From assembly GCA_017613255.1 (NCBI GenBank), contig JAGAEF010000307.1, positions 1 through 45,063 on the forward strand: a DNA stretch of 45,063 bases, given 5' to 3'. This document shows, piece after piece, positions 37,994-45,063 of this stretch. The notes under the pieces were generated by a model. It was not told the DNA's origin and ran no database searches. It saw only the letters and a program-made list of their open reading frames with translations. The DNA comes from Lentisphaeria bacterium (lineage in GTDB: Bacteria; Verrucomicrobiota; Lentisphaeria; Victivallales; UBA1829). Made by a program: the position numbers and the translations under genes. Each line of letters opens with the position of its first letter. Position 1 is the stretch's first letter.

Positions 37994-39904
37994 TCAAAGA
38001 TCGTTCCCCGGGACCGCCTCGAACGTTCCCGTTTCCTGCGGGAGTGCTCTTTCCCGTTCCGTTTCCCTGAGGATTTCCGGCACGAATCCTTTCCATGCCC
38101 GGTCCGGACCCAGAAGGTCGAAAAGCCCCTTTCCCGCCTTCCGCAAGGTGAAAATCATGGCGCAGGGGGCGTTGAGCCAGCCGCTTTCCATGCACCACGC
38201 GCCCCAGGAGGCGTCGGCGGAGCTTCCGTAATACTCCCATTTTTCCGGATCGAAGGCCCGCATCCAGCCGCCGGAAAGTTCTTCGTGTTCCCGGGAGACG
38301 ATCTGGGTGCGGAGAAGAAATCCGGCCATGCGGTCGGCAAGAGCTCCGTATTTTTCCTTCCCCGTGGCCAGAAACGCTTCATGCATTCCCGCGAAGGCGA
38401 AGGACTGGGTATAAAGGAGGTCGCAGCAGGGATCCTTTCCCGTCTGGATAAGGGAGGCCTCCCTTGTGCCGTACTCTTCATTGCTTCCCGGCGGCGGAAA
38501 GAGGCCGTCCTCCAAATTTCCCAAAGAGGCCCGGACCGCCCCGGAAGGGTCCAAAAGTTTTTCCACATCGGAAACGATCCTTTCCAGAAAATCCCCGTGC
38601 TCTTTCGTTTTCTCCAGCCTGTAGAGGAAGGCGAGAGGCCGGAGCATTTTCACCCCTTCCGCGGAAAAATCGTTCATCCATTTGAGGCGGGGATAAACCT
38701 CCATGATGCGTCCGATCCCCCGTTTGGCCGTCTGCAGAAATTCCGGGTACCCGGTGAGCTTCCATGCGGCAAGAAAAAGAGTCCAGACCGCCGCCTGCCG
38801 GTGGGGACAGGGATGAAAAAAGCCTTCCGAAGCGTAAAAGGTTTCGTCGTGCTCCCGGAAGGAGTCCGGCAGTTGGAACTTGTGGCGGATGAATCCCTCC
38901 TTCCCGGTAAGACGCAGAAGGGTAAACATGATCCGCAGGGACTTTTCGATGTACACGGGATCGTTTCCCTTCATGGCGGCAAGCAGCAGGGCGGAAAGGG
39001 CGTTGCCCGAAGGGTAGAATACGGGAGTATTTTCATAAAACTTCATGAGCCCGAAACAGGGGTGGGAAGGTTTTTTTTCCATGTGGGCGGGATCGTCGCA
39101 GATCCTTGCAAAAAGTTCGTCGCTGATTTTCCCGTGCTCCGGGTTCCCTCCCGTGAGAAAGTCCGCGGCAAAGGCCGCGGCCGTCTCCATGACGCAGTCG
39201 GATCTTTCCCGCTTCCGGAACGTCTGGGAGCCGTCGGCAAGGATCTCCCCGGAAAAGCCTTCGGCGGCCTTCAGGACGCCCTCCTCCCTGTAGAGAAACG
39301 AGTTCCGGAGCAGGGAATAGACTTTTTTTCTGCCCCTTTCCTCGCTGTCCGGGGAGAGCATCGTGTTTTTTCCCGCAAAGACCGTGATCTCCGGCTCCGG
39401 AGCGGGGGAACTGCAAAAGTGTTCCCGGAGGATCTTCCAGCGGCAGTATGGCGCATAGCGGCGCCGGACGAAGGAGGAAAGAGGAAACGCGCAGAAAAAA
39501 AGTTTCCGGTAAGCGGGATGAACGAAAAGAAGGGGGATCTTTTCCTCCGGAACGCCGAAGGGCAAGGTATCGTAACCGGCGACGCGTCCCCCGTACAGAA
39601 GCGCTTTCCATGGGAGCGCCACGCGCAGAAAGGGAAGTTTCTGCCCGTCCAGAATGGTGCCTGCGGGAAGAGCAGCGATTTGTTCCGTACTGAAAAGCCT
39701 CCACGCCTCCGGCAAAATCTCCTTTGCCGCGCTTTCGGCGATCTCCAGAAAGAGCTGAAGAGACTTTTCCCGGCAGACCGAAACGATCTCTTCTCCGGAA
39801 AGAAGCGCTTTCTCCTCTTCGCAAAATTCCGTCAGGGAGAAAAAGAGCTTTTCCCCATTCCCCGCATGACGCAGTTTCTCCAAAACCGTATGCACGGAAG
39901 GCAC
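37994..39904 (-). CDS. Uncharacterised 636-aa protein, possibly (alpha/alpha)6-barrel glycosidase/lyase-like
   Basis: Long ORF translationally coupled to the upstream aldolase gene. GTG 39904 lies 4 nt after the aldolase stop, with GAAGAGGG upstream. The next in-frame ATG is far downstream, and the ORF-track start at 40126 would overlap the aldolase gene by about 220 nt. The C-terminal half is rich in helical repeats with conserved Trp/Gly (GGWMRAFDPEKWEYYGSSADASWGAWCMESGW). I cannot assign a family with confidence. Confidence 0.5.
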   Translation of the reverse strand: MPSVHTVLEKLRHAGNGEKLFFSLTEFCEEEKALLSGEEIVSVCREKSLQLFLEIAESAAKEILPEAWRLFSTEQIAALPAGTILDGQKLPFLRVALPWKALLYGGRVAGYDTLPFGVPEEKIPLLFVHPAYRKLFFCAFPLSSFVRRRYAPYCRWKILREHFCSSPAPEPEITVFAGKNTMLSPDSEERGRKKVYSLLRNSFLYREEGVLKAAEGFSGEILADGSQTFRKRERSDCVMETAAAFAADFLTGGNPEHGKISDELFARICDDPAHMEKKPSHPCFGLMKFYENTPVFYPSGNALSALLLAAMKGNDPVYIEKSLRIMFTLLRLTGKEGFIRHKFQLPDSFREHDETFYASEGFFHPCPHRQAAVWTLFLAAWKLTGYPEFLQTAKRGIGRIMEVYPRLKWMNDFSAEGVKMLRPLAFLYRLEKTKEHGDFLERIVSDVEKLLDPSGAVRASLGNLEDGLFPPPGSNEEYGTREASLIQTGKDPCCDLLYTQSFAFAGMHEAFLATGKEKYGALADRMAGFLLRTQIVSREHEELSGGWMRAFDPEKWEYYGSSADASWGAWCMESGWLNAPCAMIFTLRKAGKGLFDLLGPDRAWKGFVPEILRETERERALPQETGTFEAVPGNDL

Positions 39905-39908
39905 TCCA

Positions 39909-40541
39909 TCACCCTCTTCCCACGAAACGGTCCAGCTCCTCAAGACGCTCTTGGGAGAGGGGACGGCAGGGAATGAGGCGCCCCATGAGGGTCTGTTTGG
40001 CGGCGATCTCCAGAAGTTCCATGCGGTCGAAGGCGGAAAGAAGATCCTTTCCCAGCGTGATGACTCCGTGATTTTCCATGAGTCCGCAGTCGAAGGAACG
40101 CATTTTTTCCGCAACGATTTCCGCAAGTTCCGGCGAACCCATGATGGCGTAGGGGATCTTCACCACCTTGCCTGCCACCGCATAGGCTTCCGCCGTAAGC
40201 GTCGTATCCAAACGTTCCTCCGAGGCGGAAAAAAAGGTGGCGGCGGCGGGGTGGGCGTGGACGATGGCGCGGACATCCTTCCTTGCCGCGTAGACGGCGA
40301 GGTGAAGGGAGGTTTCTATGCTCAGTTTCAGTTCCTTTGTCAGATTTTCCCCCTGGGGAGTCACGATCCCCACGTCCTCTCTGGTGAGTTCCGCCTTGTC
40401 CCTCCCGGAGGCGGTGATGAGGACGTTGCCGTCGGGGGCCTTCAAGGAAATGTTGCCGCCGGAGGCGGTGGTCAGAAACCGGTCGTAAAGCCGGCACATG
40501 AAAGAGGCGACTTCTTCCCGTTCACGGGCGTAGGGAAACAT
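39909..40541 (-). CDS. Class II aldolase/adducin-family protein (L-fuculose-phosphate aldolase / ribulose-5-P 4-epimerase-like)
   Basis: Start at MFPYAR with a GGAAGGAG RBS. Motifs are SGGNISLK, ITASGRDK, HAHPAAATFF (metal His) and MENHGVITLGKDLLSAFDRMELLE. Confidence 0.85.
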   Translation of the reverse strand: MFPYAREREEVASFMCRLYDRFLTTASGGNISLKAPDGNVLITASGRDKAELTREDVGIVTPQGENLTKELKLSIETSLHLAVYAARKDVRAIVHAHPAAATFFSASEERLDTTLTAEAYAVAGKVVKIPYAIMGSPELAEIVAEKMRSFDCGLMENHGVITLGKDLLSAFDRMELLEIAAKQTLMGRLIPCRPLSQERLEELDRFVGRG

Positions 40542-40695
40542 GATGAAACTCCTTCCGTATTTTTTCTTCCCGGAAAGATACACCCAAAGAACTTTTTTTC
40601 AAGCCCGGACAGGGAAAGAAGGGCGGATTTTTATCCTTCTTTCCCCGAAAAGCTTTTCGGAATGTTCCTTTCGCACGACTTTTGAAATTGCGCGC

Positions 40696-40723
40696 CTTGA
40701 AAAATCCCGTTTCCCATGTATAT
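40696..40723 (+). promoter_or_regulatory. Candidate promoter TTGAAA-N16-TATATT (murA)
   Basis: Hexamers at 40696-40701 and 40718-40723, about 42 nt upstream of the ATG at 40765. Confidence 0.5.
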
Positions 40724-40764
40724 TCGTTTTCCGGACGACCAACAACTTTCAAGGAGTTTTTTTT

Positions 40765-42063
40765 ATGCGCAGTCTTATCGTCAACGGCGGGAATCCCGTC
40801 TCCGGCACCGTCACGGTGGGGGGCAACAAAAATGCCGTGCTTCCCATGATCGCGGCAACTCTGCTGACCTCCGAACCGGTCATCATGCACAATGTTCCCA
40901 AAATCAGCGACGTGGACATCATGCTCAAGATCCTGAAGCATCTGGGCGCCTCCGTGGAGCGCAAGGGCAACGACGTGACCGTCCGCTGTGAAAAGATCCG
41001 TACGGGGACCATCCCCAAAGACCTCTGTTCCGCCCTGCGCACCTCCATATTGTTTGCCGGCCCGCTTGCAGCAAGAACGGGGGGAGCGAAAATCTATCCC
41101 CCCGGCGGAGACGTGATCGGAAGAAGAAGGCTGGACTCCCACTTCTACGGACTCCGGAAACTGGGAATAGCCGTGGGAAACGAGAGCACGCCTTTCGTCT
41201 TCGAACAGAAGGCGAAAAACCTTCACGGGGCGGATCTCTTTCTGGACGAGGCAAGCGTCACCGCCACGGAACACATCATGATGACCGCCGCGGCGGCCAA
41301 AGGGAAGACCTTCATCCGCAACGCCGCCTCCGAACCCCATATCCGTCAGCTGGGGGAAATGCTCATTTCCATGGGGGCCAGGATCGAAGGACTGGATTCC
41401 AATACCATCGAGATCGAAGGGAATCCCGCGCTTCACGGAACGGAAGTCACCGTGGAAAGCGACCATATCGAAGTGGCAAGTTTTCTGGCTCTTGCCGCCG
41501 CCACGAGATGCGGACTGACCATCAAGGGGGATTTCAAGACAAGAGACTACTGGATGACCCGCCGCATGTTCGAGCGGCTGGGGATCAAGTTCAAATTGAG
41601 CCCGGGCCTTATCGAAGTGCCGCCCCGGCAGAGAATGAGGATCCAGCCGGATTTCGGCAACGCCATCCCCCAGATCGCCGACGGGCCCTGGCCCCAGTTC
41701 CCTTCCGACATGATGAGCTGCATGATCGTCTGCGCCACCCAGGCGAAAGGGACGGTGCTCTTCTTCGAAAAGATGTTCGAAAGCCGCATCTACTTTGTGG
41801 ACCGCCTCATTTCCATGGGGGCCAATGCGGTGGTCTGCGACCCCCACAGGGTGGTCATCACCGGCCCGGTGAAACTCCGGGGCGTGGAAATGTCCTCCCC
41901 GGATATCCGGGCGGGCATGGCCATGGTCATTGCCGCGATCTGCGCAAAGGGGAGAAGCGTCATCCACAACGCGGATACCATCTTCCGGGGTTATGAAGAC
42001 ATCTGCGAAAAACTTGTCTCCCTGGGCGTGGACATCACCTGCGTGACCACCGACCCCAAGTAA
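40765..42063 (+). CDS. murA: UDP-N-acetylglucosamine 1-carboxyvinyltransferase (Asp at the Cys115-equivalent position)
   Basis: AAGGAG RBS at 40751-40756. Motifs are GGNKNAVLPMIAATLL, the PPGGDVIGRRRLDSH loop, and RAGMAMVIAAICAKG. The ORF-track extension from 40540 is rejected. Confidence 0.95.
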   Translation: MRSLIVNGGNPVSGTVTVGGNKNAVLPMIAATLLTSEPVIMHNVPKISDVDIMLKILKHLGASVERKGNDVTVRCEKIRTGTIPKDLCSALRTSILFAGPLAARTGGAKIYPPGGDVIGRRRLDSHFYGLRKLGIAVGNESTPFVFEQKAKNLHGADLFLDEASVTATEHIMMTAAAAKGKTFIRNAASEPHIRQLGEMLISMGARIEGLDSNTIEIEGNPALHGTEVTVESDHIEVASFLALAAATRCGLTIKGDFKTRDYWMTRRMFERLGIKFKLSPGLIEVPPRQRMRIQPDFGNAIPQIADGPWPQFPSDMMSCMIVCATQAKGTVLFFEKMFESRIYFVDRLISMGANAVVCDPHRVVITGPVKLRGVEMSSPDIRAGMAMVIAAICAKGRSVIHNADTIFRGYEDICEKLVSLGVDITCVTTDPK

Positions 42064-42078
42064 GAAGGCACGCGTTTT

Positions 42079-42795
42079 TCAGGCGCGGGAAAACTCCACA
42101 AGGGCGTGCAGAACTTTTCCTTCACTGCTGCGCAAGGCGGCAACGAAGGTCTTTTCGTCCGTCCTGTGGAGGTACACCTCCAGAATCGTCCCCTTCTTCA
42201 CCTGCTGCTTGTACTCGATCCTCACGCGGTCGAAATGGAAATCTTCCGGGAGACGGTCCTGAGCTATGGCGAAATATTCCGGACTCACGAGGTGGCCGTT
42301 GAGGTCCAGCATGGAGGCGGTGATCTCCACTTTGCCCGCCATTGTTCCGGGGCAGACGGGGAGAGGGATCTTTCTGGGAAGAGCATCCATTGCCTCGGCC
42401 TCCTCGAAGGTGATGAGTTCCCCGATGTTGTCGGGCAGTTTCACGGCTTTGGCCGTCTTGAAGTTGAAAAAGCACCCTATGCCGTTGGCGATCATGCACA
42501 GCTCCCCTTTTTCGTCCCGTATGGTCAGGCGGCGGTACCCGTAGATGGAATGCCCGTCATAGATGACGACCTTGACCCTGACCTTCTCCCGGAACGCGGG
42601 GAACCGGAAAATATTCATCTGCAGGGAGGCAAGGAAGACCGCGGTATCGGTTTTCCGCAGAAAATCGCAGAATTTCGTTTCCGCATACTCCTGAAACTGG
42701 CAGCAGTCCATCATCATGGCCACCGCCGCCTTGAGTTTGAGAAGTCCGTTTTCTCCGCAGTCGCAGTGACAGATCTGCCGATCCATGATCTGCAT
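42079..42795 (-). CDS. Acyl-ACP thioesterase-like (double hot-dog) protein
   Basis: Start at MQIMDRQ with a GGAGGAAAGGAGA RBS. The ~238-aa length and two-halves organisation (..NGLLKLKAAVAMMMDCCQF.. and ..DLNGHLVSPEYFAIAQD..) resemble the FatA/B-type thioesterase family. The assignment is made by eye only. Confidence 0.5.
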   Translation of the reverse strand: MQIMDRQICHCDCGENGLLKLKAAVAMMMDCCQFQEYAETKFCDFLRKTDTAVFLASLQMNIFRFPAFREKVRVKVVIYDGHSIYGYRRLTIRDEKGELCMIANGIGCFFNFKTAKAVKLPDNIGELITFEEAEAMDALPRKIPLPVCPGTMAGKVEITASMLDLNGHLVSPEYFAIAQDRLPEDFHFDRVRIEYKQQVKKGTILEVYLHRTDEKTFVAALRSSEGKVLHALVEFSRA

Positions 42796-42827
42796 AGTCA
42801 GTCTCCTTTCCTCCGCTCGGAAAAACT

Positions 42828-43148
42828 TCAGTCCAGATGGAATACCATATCCATGGGCTCTTCCTTGGCCTTCACGGCGTCGGGGGTGGCCGTGACGAGG
42901 TAGGAGCACATTCTTTTCCACCACTTGTGACAGCACTCGTAGGAGGCGATCTTGGCGAATTCCTCCTCGCTTTCCACCTCCAGATAGCCGAACATCACCT
43001 TGTCCCCCGGATGGTGGAAAATGGAGTAATTCTTCACTCCGTGCTTTTTCAGAACGTCCCGGATCTCGTCGGGAATGGGGTTGTGGGCTTTGGTGTACTC
43101 GGCAAGTTTCCCTTCCTGCACTTCCATGTAAAAGGCTTTTCTCAGCAT
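42828..43148 (-). CDS. rhaM: L-rhamnose mutarotase family protein
   Basis: 106-aa protein with an AAGGAGA RBS. The pattern KAFYMEVQEGKLAEYTKAHNPIPDEIRDVLKKHGVKNYSIF...MFGYLEVE....HKWW matches the RhaM/YiiL family layout. Confidence 0.75.
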   Translation of the reverse strand: MLRKAFYMEVQEGKLAEYTKAHNPIPDEIRDVLKKHGVKNYSIFHHPGDKVMFGYLEVESEEEFAKIASYECCHKWWKRMCSYLVTATPDAVKAKEEPMDMVFHLD

Positions 43149-43182
43149 GGTTTTCTCCTTTTTCTGTGGTTGGATCTGCCTA

Positions 43183-43211
43183 AATTTACCACCATACTCT
43201 CCAAAATGCAA
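43183..43211 (-). promoter_or_regulatory. Candidate promoter TTGCAT-N17-TAAATT (rhaM-thioesterase, minus strand)
   Basis: On the minus strand, TTGCAT lies at 43211-43206 and TAAATT at 43188-43183, about 35 nt upstream of the ATG at 43148. Confidence 0.45.
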
Positions 43212-43239
43212 GGGAAAAAGTTTCTTTTGGCGCTCCTTC

Positions 43240-43268
43240 TTGAAAAGAAGGGCTTCCGCGGTTATATT
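43240..43268 (+). promoter_or_regulatory. Candidate promoter TTGAAA-N17-TATATT (tartrate/D-malate dehydrogenase gene)
   Basis: Hexamers at 43240-43245 and 43263-43268, about 36 nt upstream of the ATG at 43304. It is divergent from the rhaM promoter. Confidence 0.5.
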
Positions 43269-43303
43269 TATGACCCGGATCATCACAACGAAAAGGAGGA
43301 GTC

Positions 43304-44365
43304 ATGAAAGAGTATACGATCAAACTGATCCCCGGGGACGGGATCGGAGTGGATGTGATCCATGAGGGAAGAAGAGTTCTGGAAGCTCTGGCGGAAAAGC
43401 ACGGCGGACTCCGTTTCCGTTTCGACACGCTCCCGTGGAGCTGCAAATACTATTTGGAAACGGGGAAAATGATGCCGGAAGACGGACTCAAGATCCTCGC
43501 GGACTGCGACAGCATCCTGCTGGGGGCGGTGGGTTTCCCGGGCGTGCCGGATCATGTGTCGCTGCGGGAACTGCTTTTGCCCATCCGCGTGAATTTCGAC
43601 GAGTACGTGAACCTGCGGCCCGTGAAGTTGCTCAAGGGGCTTTCCTCCCCCATCAAAAACGAAAAGATCGACTTTGTGGTCATCCGGGAAAATTCCGAGG
43701 GAGAATACTGCGGCAAAGGGGAATTCCTGAACGGCGGCACGCCGGAGGAAAAAGCCGTCCAGAATGCCGTGTTCACCCGGAAAGGGACGGAACGGATCAT
43801 CCGCTACGCTTTCGAGTACGCGAAAAGAACAGGCAGGAAAAAAGTGATGAGCGCCACCAAGTCCAATGCCCTCAATTACTCCATGGTTTTCTGGGACAGA
43901 ATCTTCCGGGAAGTCCGGGCGGAATATCCCGGAATGGAAAGTTCCCAGATGCACATCGACGCTCTTTCGGGCTATTTCATCATGCACCCGGACCGTCTGG
44001 AAGTGGTGGTCGCCAGCAATCTCTTCGGCGACATTCTTACGGATCTGGGTTCCGCCATGCTGGGGAGCATCGGCATTTCCCCCTCGGCGAATTTGAATCC
44101 GGAAGGAAAATTCCCCAGCATGTTCGAACCCATCCACGGTTCCGCCCCGGATATCGCGGGCAAGGGGATCGCCAATCCCGTGGGGACGCTCTGGGCGGCG
44201 GCCATGATGCTGGAGCACCTGAAACTCGAACCCGAATCCGCCTTGCTTATGCAGGCGCTGGAAAAGGTGCTGGAGGAGGGAAAAGTGCGCACGCCCGACA
44301 TCGGAGGAAAGTCCACGACCGCGGAAGTGACCGATGCCGTGATCGGCGCGATCATGGCCCATTGA
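43304..44365 (+). CDS. Tartrate dehydrogenase/decarboxylase or D-malate dehydrogenase (isocitrate/isopropylmalate dehydrogenase superfamily)
   Basis: AAAAGGAGGAG RBS. The N-terminus IKLIPGDGIGVDV...GKMMPEDGL......DSILLGAVGFPGVPDHVSLRELLLPIRVNFDEYVNLRPV closely follows the TtuC/DmlA pattern. NLFGDILTD and EPIHGSAPDIAGKGIANP are also present. Confidence 0.85.
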   Translation: MKEYTIKLIPGDGIGVDVIHEGRRVLEALAEKHGGLRFRFDTLPWSCKYYLETGKMMPEDGLKILADCDSILLGAVGFPGVPDHVSLRELLLPIRVNFDEYVNLRPVKLLKGLSSPIKNEKIDFVVIRENSEGEYCGKGEFLNGGTPEEKAVQNAVFTRKGTERIIRYAFEYAKRTGRKKVMSATKSNALNYSMVFWDRIFREVRAEYPGMESSQMHIDALSGYFIMHPDRLEVVVASNLFGDILTDLGSAMLGSIGISPSANLNPEGKFPSMFEPIHGSAPDIAGKGIANPVGTLWAAAMMLEHLKLEPESALLMQALEKVLEEGKVRTPDIGGKSTTAEVTDAVIGAIMAH

Positions 44366-44418
44366 GGTCGTTTTCGAGCTTGAAAAGAGAAAAAATCGAA
44401 AAAAAACAGGAAAAAAGT

Positions 44419-44446
44419 TTGACAAAGTAGAAAAGTGTGGTAAATT
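44419..44446 (+). promoter_or_regulatory. rRNA operon promoter P1 (TTGACA-N16-TAAATT) with A-rich upstream element
   Basis: Consensus -35 TTGACA at 44419-44424 and TAAATT at 44441-44446. It is preceded by GAAAAAATCGAAAAAAAACAGGAAAAAAG, which is UP-element-like. Confidence 0.6.
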
Positions 44447-44533
44447 AAATACCCGTTGCCCCTGAGTGCCGGGAGAAAACGGCAGGGAAGGGGGTCTCCG
44501 GAAAGAAATTTTGAAAAATCTTCGAAAAAGGAT

Positions 44534-44562
44534 TTGACAAAAGACCGGACCGGTGATAAATT
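44534..44562 (+). promoter_or_regulatory. rRNA operon promoter P2 (TTGACA-N17-TAAATT)
   Basis: TTGACA at 44534-44539 and TAAATT at 44557-44562, 115 bp downstream of P1. It has the same TTTGACAA...TAAATTAAA core and an A-rich upstream sequence (TTTTGAAAAATCTTCGAAAAAGGA). Confidence 0.6.
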
Positions 44563-44610
44563 AAACTTTGCGCGCCGAAATCGGCACGTGAAAATACGGC
44601 GGAAGCCGAT

Positions 44611-44622
44611 GATCTTTGAAAA
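44611..44622 (+). promoter_or_regulatory. boxA-like antitermination element in the rRNA leader
   Basis: GATCTTTGAAAA resembles the bacterial rRNA-leader boxA (..CTCTTTAACAA / TTCTTTGAAAA types). It is preceded by a small hairpin, TCGGC (44581-44585) / GCCGA (44605-44609), in the boxB position. Confidence 0.45.
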
Positions 44623-44774
44623 TTGAATAGTGCGATGAGCCTTAAGTCAGGTTTGAGGTCGAAAGATTGAGAACCGTAGTACAAAATAGATCTGGAACGG
44701 TAAAGTTTCGGATAAGAGAAGAATGAATTCTTCGGAAAAGTCGAAACGAAGCGGAAACGCTTTTTTAAGATTTT

Positions 44775-45063
44775 TGTTTGGAGAGTTTGATTCTGGCTCA
44801 GAACGAACGCTGGCGGCATGGATTAGGCATGCAAGTCGAACGGGTGCAGCAATGCATCAGTGGCGCAAGGGTGAGGAACGCGTGGGTGACCTGCCTTCAA
44901 GTTTGGAATAGCTCCTGGAAACGGGAATTAATACCGGATGTGATCTTGACACTGCATGGTGATGAGATTAAAGCAGCAATGCGCTTGAAGAGGGGCCCGC
45001 GTCCCATTAGGTAGTTGGTGAGGTAAAGGCCCACCAAGCCGAAGATGGGTAGCTGGTCTGAGA
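44775..45063 (+). rRNA. rrs: 16S ribosomal RNA, 5' portion (runs off the window)
   Basis: AGAGTTTGATTCTGGCTCAG (universal 8F/27F site) begins at 44782. It is followed by AACGAACGCTGGCGGCATGGATTAGGCATGCAAGTCGAACGG and further conserved 16S helices. The exact 5' end is estimated from E. coli numbering. Confidence 0.95.

Noticed and set aside
44304-44314. GAGGAAAGTCC, identical to the conserved P4 core of RNase P RNA
   Set aside because: It lies inside the well-supported tartrate/D-malate dehydrogenase CDS (IGGKSTT). The flanking sequence lacks the rest of the RNase P conserved regions (no ...GGGC continuation). This is a chance 11-mer.

Overview
This is a roughly 45-kb, moderately GC-rich chromosomal segment. 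It is probably from a PVC-superphylum bacterium, most likely Lentisphaerota/Victivallales-like. That placement is an inference from the 5' end of the 16S gene (GGATTAGGCATGCAAGTCGAACGG) and from a prepilin-type H-X9-DG (DUF1559-like) protein, a family that is hugely expanded in these phyla.

I support about 33 protein genes, and almost all are housekeeping:
- a GH-A glycosidase followed by two tandem ceramidase-like paralogs
- ftsB-like, a Ser/Thr kinase, a pseudopilin-like protein, alaS, a STAS protein and an RluA-family pseudouridine synthase
- lptD-like, rpoZ, acyl-CoA dehydrogenase with etfBA, and gyrA-folP
- an NMO/FabK-like reductase, an Fe-ADH, pgi, 5-formyl-THF cyclo-ligase and rny
- an HD protein, an orphan OppF-like ATPase, prc, a COG2509 FAD protein and a GGQ (ArfB-like) protein
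- a class II aldolase with an unknown 636-aa protein, murA, an acyl-ACP thioesterase-like protein, rhaM-like and a tartrate/D-malate dehydrogenase

The window ends with two tandem promoters, a boxA-like leader and the first ~290 nt of a 16S rRNA gene.

I found no CRISPR array, tRNA, transposase or integrase, prophage, toxin-antitoxin pair or recognisable defence genes. I cannot honestly point to a clear novel multi-gene system.

The observations most worth following up are:
1. a structured, ORF-free RNA element with mutually exclusive terminator and long-range pairings directly upstream of the 5-formyl-THF cyclo-ligase gene (6S-like RNA or folate-related attenuator)
2. the GH-A + duplicated ceramidase-like + CBM9 locus, preceded by a ~50-bp tandem repeat array
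3. a GGQ peptidyl-tRNA-hydrolase-like protein carrying a Fis-type HTH-like tail
4. MurA with Asp at the fosfomycin-target Cys position
5. a compact AlaRS lacking the C-Ala domain
6. acidic insertions in GyrA

All functional calls come from reading motifs by eye. No database search was run.
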